Source: Lepidodermella squamata
Taxonomy: Eukaryota; Animalia; Gastrotricha
Assembly (NCBI GenBank): GCA_047495785.1
Contig: JBLDXI010000045.1
Span: forward strand, 744,001-808,000
Reading direction: 5' to 3'
DNA length: 64,000 nucleotides
In this document: piece by piece, positions 1 through 12,379 of the stretch
Numbering within the stretch: position 1 is the first letter of the stretch
Layout of the letters: the number at the start of each line of letters is the position of its first letter
Program-made: the position numbers and the translations under genes
Notes under the pieces: generated by a model
Databases searched by the model: none
Told to the model about the DNA's origin: nothing
The model's input: the letters and a program-made list of their open reading frames with translations, nothing else

Positions 1-82
1 TTCGCGATCTGTAAAGATTAGAGCAGGAGACTCAATCGATGGCAATTGTCTATCGCTAGTCGTGAAAAGTAAAGCAGATTGG

Positions 83-967
83 ATGTTGTTAACCTCAAAT
101 CAGGAAGATTGGATGGAATTTCCTGCGTGCCATTGGAAATTTGTCTGCGCAGGTGACCACCGAATCTTGATGGTGGATTTTACGAACAACTTATGGGTAA
201 TGGAAAAAGATCATCCGGTTAAATTTGAATCAATGCCAGCGTTGAAAAATGTGTTGCTTTTTGATTGTTGTTGCAACATTGCGATCGCTATTTGCGGAGA
301 TGAAATCGAAAATAATCTTACGCTATTTGAGCTAAGAGGCATGGATTTCACTCCGCTGTCATATGTCAATTTACAATTTCAAGTCGAATCGGTGTCTTGT
401 GGAAAGGAGCACGCCGTTATTTTAGGCACCAATGGCTGTGTATTCACTGTCGGTTCTAATAACAGGGGACAACTCGGTGTGGGTGGCAGTGAACTGACAA
501 AGTGCTTCACACCTCTCCGCGTTGATGTTTTGAATGGCATCGCAGAAATATCAAGCGGCAGTTGGCACTGTTTAGCTGTCGATCGAGAGAATAATTGCGT
601 GTATTCGTGGGGTTGGAATGAAAGTGGCCAATTAGGCCGCGAACCAGACTCTCCCGCTGATATCCCTTCACTAATCGACTTGAATGATGACGATAATGAA
701 GCGGTAATCACTAAAGTTGCTTGCGGATCTCGTCATTCAGTGATTTTTGCGTCAATCAATGAAAAAGCTGTTGTTTTCACTTTTGGCTGCAATTTATTCG
801 GACAGTTGTGCCGCTGCTGTGTAACAGCTGGCGGCGGTGAAGCAGCAGACTTTGACTGGCGCCCCCAGCGCATTAACACCACAGGTCGTGATGTGCGAGA
901 TGTATTTGCATTCGGTTACGCAACCGCCTTAATATTGAACGAGTGCGCGCGTGTGTCCGGCCCATGA
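83..967 (+). CDS. RCC1-repeat (beta-propeller) protein, RCCD1-like; single exon visible, true start uncertain
   Basis: Three RCC1 repeats: VSCGKEHAV..GSNNRGQLG, ISSGSWHCL..WGWNESGQLG, VACGSRHSV..FGCNLFGQL. First in-frame ATG at 83. ATTAAA at 981-986 after the stop. Confidence 0.85.
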   Translation: MLLTSNQEDWMEFPACHWKFVCAGDHRILMVDFTNNLWVMEKDHPVKFESMPALKNVLLFDCCCNIAIAICGDEIENNLTLFELRGMDFTPLSYVNLQFQVESVSCGKEHAVILGTNGCVFTVGSNNRGQLGVGGSELTKCFTPLRVDVLNGIAEISSGSWHCLAVDRENNCVYSWGWNESGQLGREPDSPADIPSLIDLNDDDNEAVITKVACGSRHSVIFASINEKAVVFTFGCNLFGQLCRCCVTAGGGEAADFDWRPQRINTTGRDVRDVFAFGYATALILNECARVSGP

Positions 968-1009
968 TGGCACATGCGTAATTAAATCGATTGGTGGTGC
1001 TTTGTCCGT

Positions 1010-1408
1010 ATGAGAACACGCGCCTCTCATCTGCAACCACCAATTGCTACAAAGTATAGCGCCGTGTTTGCGTTTTATAACAATCCGATGACTGTACCAG
1101 CGAGGCAACAGTTTTGGCACAAGTTTTTCTGGGCTGTCGTCGCACTCGAGTCGTTTTTTGTGCCTTACTTTCTCATGCAGGAGCACGCTCATTTCGAAGA
1201 TGAGCTCGACGAAACCATTCAAAACATCAGTGTGCTACTGGCTCAGCATCTCAATCAAACAAACGTCTGCCCACAAATATTGGACTGGAATAGCAACAGT
1301 TCGTTGATCGACTCGACAACCAGCAATTTGATTTTCGAAATCAAACTCGAACGGTACGATTTGCGAGTACCTGAACCAATGACAATCGAATCGTTCTCAT
1401 TGCCTTGA
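1010..1408 (+). CDS. Orphan ORF, possibly a small membrane-anchored protein (alternative start ATG 1088)
   Basis: 132-codon ORF with one hydrophobic stretch (FFWAVVALESFFVPYFL), two N-x-S/T sequons and AATAAA at 1441. No family recognised. Confidence 0.45.
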   Translation: MRTRASHLQPPIATKYSAVFAFYNNPMTVPARQQFWHKFFWAVVALESFFVPYFLMQEHAHFEDELDETIQNISVLLAQHLNQTNVCPQILDWNSNSSLIDSTTSNLIFEIKLERYDLRVPEPMTIESFSLP

Positions 1409-1605
1409 TTCAAACTTTTTTCGATATTATTTTTATTGATAATAAAAAACGCGTCCTTGTATGAATGGCTCTTTCTTTTTTCGGTTTGAATGGGCTTCAG
1501 GGCGTAACTAAGAGAGGGTTGCGTTCTAGTGAAAGGCCATCACAGACGTACTAATAAAGCAAACGAGTAAATTATGAATTTTCTTGACTGAAATTTACTA
1601 CGGAC

Positions 1606-2676
1606 ATGGTTTCGTCGACTCCAGCAAAAGTCGGGATCGTTTTCTCATTTTTAGGTTTCGGCCTCATAGTAGCTTCGATTGTTGTAGTCGACTGGGTTTA
1701 TGCAATTCAAGGATCTTATACGGTAATGAAGAATTACGTCAACTATCGACTGAAATAATTATTCCTTTTTCTAAAGGAACGCTTCGGTTTATGGCAACTT
1801 TACATAATCCAAACCAACACATACTACACCTTTCCTTCTGGAACAGTATCAAGTACGATTTGATATTCAGCCATCGCGGCTAAGTAACAATTTGTGTGTG
1901 TATTAGTTCGCATCGAAGCCGGCCGTGGTTGTATGGTGGCCGCAGGCGGTTTGGGACTGATTGCCCTAGTCACGGGAATAGCCTATCTAATAATGAAAGA
2001 CCCATGGGCGCCGGCTAAACGATACGTGCTGATGATGTACACCTTGGCCAACGCGTTCGCAGGCCTTCTGTGCGCAGTGGGACCGGCTTTAATTTACGAC
2101 TCTGCCAACTGGTCCAGCGGATTCGCTTCCTGGTCAATTTCATCGAGTGGTATTCTCGCTTTTGTTGCTATCCTCCTTGAAGGTTTGGTAAGTCTAGTTA
2201 CCAGCGCGTAGAGCATCCAAACATAACAGCTTTTTTAGGCGACATTGATGTGTGCGTTGGAATGGAGATGGTACGATAGAACTTATGGCTACAACCTCTT
2301 GAACACAGGTGAAAATATAATTTCTTCTGATTCCAATTTAATCAACTACTGGTTTGTAGATCCCGAGCTTTTACAAGACTTGCGCGATTATTGGCAAGCG
2401 CGAGGTCGCTGGGAGGAGCGGCAAGTCATCGACGAGGACTGGGCTATTTACCGATATCTGCAACAGCGACGGCGAGAGCAAAATTTGAGGCTAAAACGGG
2501 CTATTAAGGATGAGAGGAAAAGATGGCGAGACCGAGAAGCCCGACGAGCGGTCAAGCCGATGGAAGTCATACAACAAGGTCGCTTCCCTACACCCCGAGC
2601 CCCAGAGGACGACGATATGATGACTCCGCCCAACTTTTATCCAAACGCCACAGGTGGCCGCTCTGTTTTTCCCTGA
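1606..2676 (+). CDS. Claudin/PMP22/EMP-superfamily tetraspan protein with a long charged C-terminal tail (4 exons)
   Basis: Manual splicing gives MVSSTPAKVGIVFSFLGFGLIVASIVVVDW...ERFGLWQ (W..GLW signature), then three more TM helices in 1894-2211 and a tail in 2239-2676. Three short GT-AG introns. Confidence 0.75.
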
Positions 2677-2903
2677 AAAAACCCAGTCATACTGAACGGA
2701 GAGCTTTTAATTTGAATGCTTTGCAAATAACATTATATTTTTATCAGCAGGGTGTCGAAATGAAGCAGTGAAAGTGAGAGAATTTAATCTGATAAATTGA
2801 GTTGAAAGTCAATAAATCGATTATCGATTCGCGGCATGACTGCCGGAATAACACATTTGAGCCACTCGTGACTAGTGGTAGATGTAAGATTTCATTATTG
2901 ACT

Positions 2904-3277
2904 TCAATCTCCTGATGTCTGAGTTGCGATTTCTGATGTCGCAAGACCGTCAATAGCGTATAGTTGCGGGAAGGCATTGTCGAGCCCTTCCTCTTTCACC
3001 TCCTGCAGCTTTTGTCTGAGGAAAGATATGGGGTTTTCAGGCTGATGCATAATGAGAGATGACAGCATGTACTACGAAAGAAAATTTAGCGATTGTCTCT
3101 TCCAAAAAAAAACAAGGTCACCTCGAAAATCCTATTTAATCGGTTGAGGGTTACGAGCTTTTTCGCTTGGTCTGATGTTGGGGTAACGATAGCTTCGCCT
3201 TTGTTGTTGCAAGTCGGAGCTAGTAAGCTGTTTTCAGCAGGCGTAGCAGACCTCGAATAGCGAAGAATATCTTCCAT
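2904..3277 (-). CDS. 107-aa protein with an RIIa/Dpy-30-like dimerization-docking (DD) domain
   Basis: Exons 3122-3277 and 2904-3071 with a 50-nt GT-AG intron. The join reads AKKLVTLNRLNRIFE|YMLSSLIMHQPENPISFLRQKLQEVKE, matching the DD pattern (lFe.m...L...qPenPi.FL...L). Confidence 0.75.
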
Positions 3278-4109
3278 GTTAAGATTTTATTAAAGCCTTT
3301 ATCAAGACACAAAGATCATGTGGAAAAGGCGTATATAGGAATGCGCGTATTTTGCATTCAAAATCACTCATTCACAACTTCATACCTGTTTGTGGCGCCT
3401 TGGTAGCGGCGTGATGACGCAGCGCTTTTTATTGATGTACCATGTAGCCGATCGTATTTTGCGCCGTGTGAAAAACTGCCGCTTGTTTTTATGCCAAGTA
3501 TTGGAAATACAAGTTATGTGGCCGCTATTCGCGTGTAAAACACGCTCGCTGCGATAGAAAACCTGATACATCATCAGGTGTTTACCCCAAAGTCTGATGA
3601 AACCGCGCTGCGGTGAACTCACCTGTGATATATTATTCCCGAGATGATGATTAATTATTAAATGAAATACTGCCACTGAGTTGTTTCTTGGTATATTTTG
3701 CAAATATTAGACAAGATTTGCGAGTTGGAAATCCTCGATTTTTCGAAAGATAGCAAGGAATTCAATTAAATTCTTTATGGATATTTTATGGCATAAAGAG
3801 CTCATGGAATCTAACAAATGAGATGTCTTACATTTTATGACCATCATGGCTTATTTTTCTGGGACTAATGAATAATAGTTGGGCTATTTTTCCCAAGCTT
3901 ATTTTTGAGACAGTGGGTCAGCGTTCGAAAATGAAAACCTTGAAATAAAAAGTGTAAAACCAAGCCATTTGGATCCATTAAGTTTTAGAACAAAATATCA
4001 GTAATGGCTTCACACCTTTGTAGGTACATTTAGTTTTGTCTCCGCAACTTTTGATTATACAATTTTGCTTCAGAGAGACAAGACGACGATTTCCTTTTTT
4101 AAAGAGAGG

Positions 4110-4480
4110 ATACCGAGCATACCGAGATTGTTACTGAAAGGCATGCTCCATATCAGTTGTACTAGCTATACCATAATCCAAGGTTCAACTAGCCTAAATA
4201 ATTTCATTTCATGTCAAATCATTATTTCATTGATCGATTGGTATCCTGTTCGAAAACAGATGTTAGGCCAAGCAGGTGATTTTCAACTTTATAGCCAGAA
4301 TCGCCACATTCCATTTAAAAAATTGATGAAATTTTTTCTGAACCTTTTGAAACAGCGAAAGTTGAACTGGATACTGGATCAGACATCAGGTTGTCCCACA
4401 AACCACCAGCAGCGAATGATTCCTGCCTTTGATGACTGATGAAAATGCTTGAATGCCTTATTTTTATAACGATACTCAGA
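4110..4480 (-). mobile_element. Degenerate PIF/Harbinger (DDE_Tnp_4) transposase relic
   Basis: Minus-strand fragments in the expected order, broken by stops and frameshifts: AGI/FAAGGLWDNL, GDSGYKVENHLL (GDSGY at 4291-4305), MEHAF (EHAF at 4137-4148). Confidence 0.45.
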
Positions 4481-4609
4481 TGTATTCAAATTTGCGTGAA
4501 TAGGCAATAAAAAGTCCATAGATACCGCTTATATTGCGTTATTGAAAATGTTTCACCCATTTTCCCTACTCGAATACACGCAAAAGCATTCTGCTTTCAC
4601 CGTGAAAAT

Positions 4610-6701
4610 ATGTCCGATCCGCAGGCTAATGATTCCGATGGAGGCGAAGATCCAGCGCCAGTGGCACAGACTAAAACACGGACTAAAGTAACAAAATCCG
4701 TGCCGAAACCGGAGGAAGCTAGCAACCTGAAAGGTTTCCTATTTGCCTTCACTCTCAAGTTTTTCCTCCGTTCAAGTGCAAGAGAAGTCATCGATTGCTT
4801 AGTTAACGGTCAAGATTCTCGACTCGCTGAGGTCTTATTTCAATTTCCATTGGGGAAAAATCTTAAAACGACTGATGAATTATAGCTTTTAGATGACAGC
4901 CTAGCGAAGGATTACTGCCTTACCGAGTGCGAACACTACCACATTACCCCATACCATTCCATCGGTAAAATTCAAGTTTAAGCATAGATGGAAGTCGATC
5001 AACTGTAATTTATAGCCTTCGTCAAATGTGACATTGACCTGGCTTCATCTCTGCTCAAAATCGGTATCAACGTCGACGAGCCGGTGAAGGAGAAAACCTT
5101 GGCTTGGGACATGGCCGTAGAACCAGGCAGCCGATTGCTGCATCTGGCAGCTATGACAGGTCACGTCAAATTGATTAACATCCTTATCGAAATGGGAGCT
5201 GATCCGAACGCTCAAGTAAGGACAATATTTTAGCCCGAGTCGATGCATTTCCGTAAATTTCAGGCTGAGAATGGATCTACCCCTTTGTTTGTTGCCTGCA
5301 GCCAAGGACAGGCTGAGGCTGCGGCTGCTTTGATTGAGGGCGGGGCTGACATGAACTATCGCCGACTCAGTGATAATGGAACGCTTCTTCATGCTGCTGG
5401 TAATAATTGTTTAAAAAATGAACAAAATCTAGTATTGCTTTCGAATTTAAAGCGGACTTCGGATCTGATCAGACCTGCGCTCGGTTACTGGAAAAAGGCG
5501 CTGATGTGTCTGCAATAAATAACTGTGGTCACTCCCGTTTGTTCTCAATTTTGATAAAAGTTAACATTGAATCTATCTCAATTTCGAATAGCACTCCACG
5601 TTGCTGCGAAACGAGGATATATCAAAATTGCCGAATTGCTCATCAAATATCTCGCTGACGTCGATCAAGTCAACAAATACCATCAGGAAACTGCTCTACA
5701 CAAGGTAAATCTAGAATTTGGTCAGCCGATTTCAATAAGGTTTCCTGCTCTCAGGCTTGTCAATATGGGCAAACAGAAACGGCAATTTGCCTACTCGGCT
5801 ATGGTGCAGCGATCAACGCGATAAACCGATTTGGCTTTACCCCGTTGATGAAAGCTGTCGAACGTGGCCACGGTGATACAACGGAAATGTTACTAGCACG
5901 CAACGCTGCCGTCAACACTTCGGCGACAGGTAGACAATGGGCAGGCCAATCGCCCCTGCATCTGGCTGTAGCCGCTAAACGCTCAGATATTTTGTACATG
6001 TTGCTGGAAAAACATGCCGAAGTTGATAAGCAGGATGCTCATCAGGTAATGTTAGTCCTACGCTTGAGTTGTATTCTACTTGGAATGATTCCCAGCGAAC
6101 TCCACTATTTTTGGCCGTTCAACTCGGAGCTGTCGAGCCGGCCTCGTTGCTTTCGAGATACGGAGCATCGGTAAATACGGTCGATCGGGACGGAAACACT
6201 CCTATGCATATTGCAGCGCATGAGAACAACACGGATATCCTAAATTTACTCCTGGATCGAAATGCCAGAATTGCAGCACGCAACGTCCAAGGGTAACAAA
6301 CCAAAATAATAAATTCAAATATTTGTTAAACTAAAATCCGCGCCAAATGATACCAAAATTTATCTTAATTAATTAAGGCTACGTCAGATTTTTGGGGTTT
6401 TGAGCATAGAAATTGATAGGAAAATTTCTGCGAATTTTATAAATGATCGAAAGTTCTACAAATTATTTCAAGTTAGGTTCCGTTGAAATTTACGACCATG
6501 GCTTATATTCCATGTTTTTCTTATTCCAGTCGAACGCCTCTTCACATGGCTGTGGCAAACAATGCAACCGAGGCTGTTATTCTGTTGCTGGGAAACTTGG
6601 CCCGACCCGATATTCGTGACAGTGATGGCCATACGTGCTACGATTTAGCCTCGCCACAAATGCGAGCCGCCATTGCAAGAAACTCTAGCATGCATCGCTG
6701 A
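4610..6701 (+). CDS. Multi-exon ankyrin-repeat protein
   Basis: Ankyrin motifs across many short exons: GSTPLFVAC, ALHVAAKRG, GFTPLMKAVERG, GQSPLHLAV, RTPLFLAV, GNTPMHIAA, RTPLHMAV. Exact 5' exon joins not fully resolved. Confidence 0.88.
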
Positions 6702-7929
6702 GATGATGAACTGACTAGAGATGCCTTAATTTTTTCCCGTAGGGGAACGCTTGCTTGTCCCTGAAACTAGAATTACACAAGGAGGTTAATATTTATTTAC
6801 TTTTCTGCTAAATGGCGTAAAGCGACGCCCAGCTCTGTTTTCAATATCCCACTTTTTCATAGTACAATAAATAACGGCTAGTTAACTAACGCCTTGTCTG
6901 TCTGGGAGCCGGTATAAAAAAATTATATATACCTACCTAACTACCTACGCTGCAGTGATGAATGATAGAGCACGATGTAAGGTGCCTCGTTCGATGAACA
7001 ATCGCCAATGTTATTATTTAGCCGTTAGATAAGAGTTATTGCAAATACTTGATTTGACAAAAATTCCACTCGAACTTGACGTGCGTGTTTTTGCCGGACA
7101 CTCATTTATGATTTGCCCACACATATACGTTATATTAGTTTTTATTGTTCCAGCAGCAGCTATACGACTGGCGCCCTTTTGTTGTCTGGCTCGTATTATT
7201 TTTTGCGTGGGCTGAACAAACGCGCCTTTTTTAAGGCAGCGGCCGCAGCCGCTCTTGATTTAGCGAATGATAAGATATTATTAGCCAGCACTTCATACCT
7301 ATTAAGCGATAGACAAAGCAAGCACGCGCAGCTGCATAAAAATCTACTATATATGATGGGGATGTAGATTGCCGTCGTAAAACAAATTGTGACGATGACG
7401 TTGACATATCTAAGGACGCCAACGATTACGCTTCCGGAGCTGATTCAGTGCGCAAGTATTTGCTGCCACCGATATATACTTACTAATAATAATGTAAAAA
7501 CCGAGGTTATTATTTTGCGTAGTCACGGGCTCGGCCCAAGATACAAGCTGCAAAATAGATAACAATTGATAGCGTAATTACGTCGGAGCATTGTGTCATG
7601 TGTAAAACATTTCCCCGTGTATCTTCCCGCAACGACCCGCTGCTTCAGCATTCAGCCGCGTATAGATCTATTGCATTGCTTCATCGCATCACAGCGTTGT
7701 TTTATCAGCAACCGATTCCTGCCGCACATCAACAACCAGTTTTTCTTATTACCGACGCACAGCTGAATTCATTCGTCGGCTCGCTTCATTAACAATTTTT
7801 TCTTACATCTCTATTATTATTTACCTGTTTTGTTTCCATTCGATCTCGATATAGGCATAACGCTTCACACGCCATGTTAAGCTGCCGAACTAGTCACTGA
7901 GAAAGTTATTGAGTAACTTATTGTTATTA

Positions 7930-10657
7930 ATGGAAAAACACATTTTATTCGTTCTCGGCATTATTATCGTCGCCTATGTCGGCATGGGCGGCTTGTTGTT
8001 CCAACGTGTCGAACAGCCGCATCAACAAAGCAGCTACGAAGCCAAGTACCGGCCACACGAACCGGAAATTTTCGCTACTTACAACGTGACCGAAATTATA
8101 GCGCAGAGACTTGCCGAGTTGAAAGCTCGAAAATCGTCCAAAGCCAAGCCTTCGACACCTCGGCAGCTGATTCCGAATGACGAATATTTGGACACCGAAA
8201 ATGATACTACAACTGCCATCACAACTGCGGCGCGACCGTCATGCTTGATATCGGCGGTTGATTTCGAAGAAAATGCTCAGACGCTGGCGCTTGAAGTAGC
8301 GCTGTTTGTCATCGAAAAAATCGCGCCTCGCAACATGCGTGATTTGCCGATTTTCAACGCAACACAGGCTATTTCAGCGCTTCACGGTAAACAGCTCACA
8401 ATTACGAAGACGCCGCAGTTGTTTGAAGATTGGGATTTTTACGGTTCGGTATTTTTCGCTGCGACAACTATCACCACGATCGGCTATGGCCACGTTTCGC
8501 CGCAAACTGATTTTGGGAAGATGGTCACTGTCCTATACGCTATTATTGGGGTATTTTTCCTTTTTCTTTCATCAGTTAAAATTCCCAATCCAATTCAATC
8601 AATTTAAATATTTTAAATTGTGAAATTTGCCCTGCTTTCCAGATCCCTTTGGTTGCAGCATTTCTCGGCGGGTTATCAGATCGAATTCGTCGGGTTGCCG
8701 AGCAGATCCAGGAACGTGTCCCTGTTGGAAATGGGGGGTTCGAACGCCGTCCATCGCGACGTGGCGGCAGTTGTATCTGTTGCATCGCCCTCATGAAAAT
8801 TCTCCTCGTCACGCTCATCGGCGCTAGTGTTTTCATCGCTTTGCCATCCTGGTTATTCATGTGGAAGGAGAAAGACTGGAGTTACATCGAAGCTTTGTAT
8901 TTCTCATTTGTAACGCTCAGTACCATTGGTTTTGGGGATTACATCGCGGCGAGAAATCCAGATATCGAAGGGCTGGACTGGTATCGCATTTTCGTAGTTG
9001 TTTGGATCTTTGTCGGCCTCGCCTGGCTGTCATCTGTGATCGCTCTCATCCAAGCAGCTATTACAACCTATTCTGCCATTGCTGTTAAACATGCAGTGAG
9101 ATCGAACAAAAGGCCGAATGACCCATTATCTCCCGATGAAGAGGAAGTTCCACTGGCTACCATCCAGGTCTCCGATCGAAATGTCTACCGTAAAGAAGAC
9201 CGGAATCCTTACACTATGGAAACCGCTATGCAACAAGAACGCAACAGACGGCAAGCTGATTATGTTAGTTTAATTCGAAATCAATATTAACCCGTCAAAT
9301 TCTTCGAATTTCATTTTTTCGACTTGAAAATCATCATTTTTTAAATAAAAGACGACCCTATTTTATTATTTATTTTTAGCTGAGACGGATGAGTTATCAC
9401 GCTGGTCAGAGATCGAATGGGAAAAAGATTCCTTTTGTTAGTAGAATGCGATTCGGATGGCTTATTTAAGTTTTAGTTCTCTCAAGTAGCTATATTCCGC
9501 AAATTAATTTGCATGCGGCTTGTTTTTGGTCGCGTTTAGCTTCAAAATTTTATAGAGAAACTAATATTTTTGTAATTTACTTAGGACACTGCAAGTTTCG
9601 CGAGTTTGGACGAAATGACTCAGCGAGCTCCTCGAAGTTATCCTAAGCGTCCTCCGCCAATGAGGCCGATGAATAACCGTCATCATGCTAACAGCATGTC
9701 AGGGCTTGTTTCTGTCGCGGCGGCTGCTACAACTTCCTCTGGAGATAAGGTGAGTGTTCCAACTTAATTTCCGAACCTTTATTTTGAAGTGTTTTTCGTT
9801 TTCCGTTGTAAATCCCGATCTAAAACTGTGTTTGTTTGTGTTTTCTCTTCTATGTTTATCCAACCCAGTACTCGGTAGTCGGAATGTTACCTCAAATGCT
9901 TCAAATGGCAATGGCTGCCAACGCCGCCGTAGATAGTAGCGTCAACGATTATCAGCAGGTTAGACGCAACAACTCGCACCATCAGTTAAGCCAGGTAGCA
10001 AGCTTGCATGGCCCGCTTTTACCCAACGGTGGTGGCGCGCAACTGCCCGCGCTCATGCCTGGCGCTGCTGCCGCCCAGCAGCCGCATCAGTTCACAGCCG
10101 ACGTGCTGAAACGGCTTGCCGACGGCGCGCCCGACTCGCTGTCGAACGGCTCTAATGCCAGTGTAAATGACGTAAATAATGCTATTTTTGACCAGCAGCA
10201 TGGCGACTACGACGAACAGCAGTACAACCGCCGATCGTCGCGGCCTCGGTCGAGAACCCCGGCTCGGCATGACATCATCGACTACGCCACGCCGCCGAAG
10301 CACCGCCTGCCAACGAGTGTTACCACTAATCGGGCGCCAGCCAGCCGGTACCAGGTCGGCCGAAACCCGACGGCGGAAGACTCGCCCCAGGACGATAACG
10401 GTTCGGTCTACGAGGGCAACTTCGGCGATGATGAACACGAAACGCCGTTGATAACGCGTTCGACTGCCTCCGACCAGACGATTATTCCCCGGCCAAACCC
10501 TGCCCCGTCGTCGAATGGGCCTAATTTCTCCGAAGATCAACGGTACCGGCGAACCAAGTTGGCGATTCATTCGTCGCTGTCCAACACGCCCGGCCGGCGG
10601 AGCCCGCACCCCGATGCCGGCCGGGTGAGGTCCACGGAGCGGCAATCTCACTTATAG
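7930..10657 (+). CDS. Two-pore-domain (K2P/KCNK family) potassium channel with a long disordered C-terminus
   Basis: P1 TTITTIGYG, P2 VTLSTIGFGD and four TM helices. Phase-0 exon chain about 7930-8550, 8643-9262, 9380-9436, 9585-9748, 9869-10657. Confidence 0.92.
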
Positions 10658-11242
10658 CTGAAATAAAGCAGTCATGTGACGGGTGATCAGAAATTCTTAC
10701 ACATCTGGGGTGATATTATAGAGCTGCGAGCTTTCCGATCACCCTGCATGGCTGCTGTGTGCTCTTTGCTTATTAGCCTGATAATACATAGCCTGATTAG
10801 TTTTTCAAATCTCGACATGACCAAGTACAAACAACAGAAGCGATTCAGCGCCGACCTTTACGATATACTTATATGCACCATCTCTCAAACTGTTATTTAG
10901 AAAGGCTCATCGTATGCATCAAAAGTTCTACAACAGTATTATTCGATAGAAGTAAAGGTACTTTCAGGTCGCGTTCGACTCGCAGCCGTTGTTTGCTGTA
11001 TACAAATTTTACTGCTGTTTCTACGACTTTCCCAATAAATTTTTACGAATTTTCGATTGCGCATGGTTTTTGTTGCGACTGGGTAATACTGTATATCGAT
11101 GGCAAGAGTTGTGCTTGATAACATGCCAGATAAGAGAATGTTATGAAACGGACATGCTTGATAAGTTTTCTCGCATAAATAATGTGTCATAGCTCAAAAA
11201 CTAGTTTTTAGCCTTCGTCTCATTTCCATATAGTTGAACACC

Positions 11243-12379
11243 ATGGCGAGATTAATAGCTGCTGTAAGAAACGGCGACCTCAATGAAGTGGTGGCTTTAC
11301 TTGGTCGAAAAGGCAACGACGTCAACTCCACGAACGATTTCGGCGACACTGCTTTAATTTTAGCATCTCAACTTGGACATCTCGAGATAGTTTCTGCTCT
11401 CCTGCGAAGAGGCGCAGACGTTAACAAGAGTAACAGGATTGGTCACACGGCGCTCATGATGGCATCTCTTATGGGATACACGAATATCATTAACTTACTA
11501 CTGGAAAATGGAGCTGATATACAAGCGAAGGACAATTATTCAAACACAGCTCTCTCTAGAGCAGTTTGGAACCGGAAAGAAGATTCCATTTCGCTGCTGC
11601 TAGAGAAAGGTGCCAATGTCGATGATGGATCACTAACATTAGCTCAAACAACCAAGGAGCTAAAATTGTTGTTAGATTGGGGAGCTGACGTTAATGTGAG
11701 AGACAAAGAAGGTAAAACGGTTCTAATGCGCTGGGCGAATGATTTCCATGGTCATTCAGTAATGCCTTTGCTTATTGAGAAAGGTGTTGATGTGAATGCT
11801 CACGATATCTACGGCAGAACGGCTTTCCACCTAGCCTGTAAAGCTGGCTATAATGAAAATGTGAAAACTCTGGTTGAATTTGGAGCTGAAATTGATGCTG
11901 TAGACAATTATGGTAAAACCCCTCTGCTCATTTCTTCACGCCGTGGGCGAAAGGTTACTGCACTTATTCTTCTGGACAGAGGGGCTGATATTGAAGCTAA
12001 AGATAATGTCGGCCAAACAGCGTTGATTAGGTGTTGTGGAAAGGGCCACATCCGAATGGCTTCGCTTCTCCTAGAACACGGAGCTGATGTCAACGCAAAA
12101 GACATTGTGGGATACACTGCGTTAATTCGGGCAGCGCGGATGGGCTATTATGATCTTGTTCTGTTGCTGTTGGAACGTGGCGCAGAAATTAATGCGATGG
12201 GTGTAGACGGGAATACAGCGCTCAGGTTGGCCGCAGAAAGAGGTCACGGTAGAGTGGTTTTTCAGCTACTAAAACGAGGCGCAAATGTTTCGAACTGTGA
12301 CGCTGAAGTAGCGAAATTCGATTATATTCGGAGAGAAGTGCTCAGGCATCTACCGGAATCTACTGTAAAAACCGAATAA
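11243..12379 (+). CDS. Intronless ankyrin-repeat-only protein (about 10-11 repeats)
   Basis: Repeated G.TAL..A...G...V.LLL..GAD.NAKD units. ATG at 11243 in CACCATGG context. AATAAA near 12453. Confidence 0.92.
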   Translation: MARLIAAVRNGDLNEVVALLGRKGNDVNSTNDFGDTALILASQLGHLEIVSALLRRGADVNKSNRIGHTALMMASLMGYTNIINLLLENGADIQAKDNYSNTALSRAVWNRKEDSISLLLEKGANVDDGSLTLAQTTKELKLLLDWGADVNVRDKEGKTVLMRWANDFHGHSVMPLLIEKGVDVNAHDIYGRTAFHLACKAGYNENVKTLVEFGAEIDAVDNYGKTPLLISSRRGRKVTALILLDRGADIEAKDNVGQTALIRCCGKGHIRMASLLLEHGADVNAKDIVGYTALIRAARMGYYDLVLLLLERGAEINAMGVDGNTALRLAAERGHGRVVFQLLKRGANVSNCDAEVAKFDYIRREVLRHLPESTVKTE

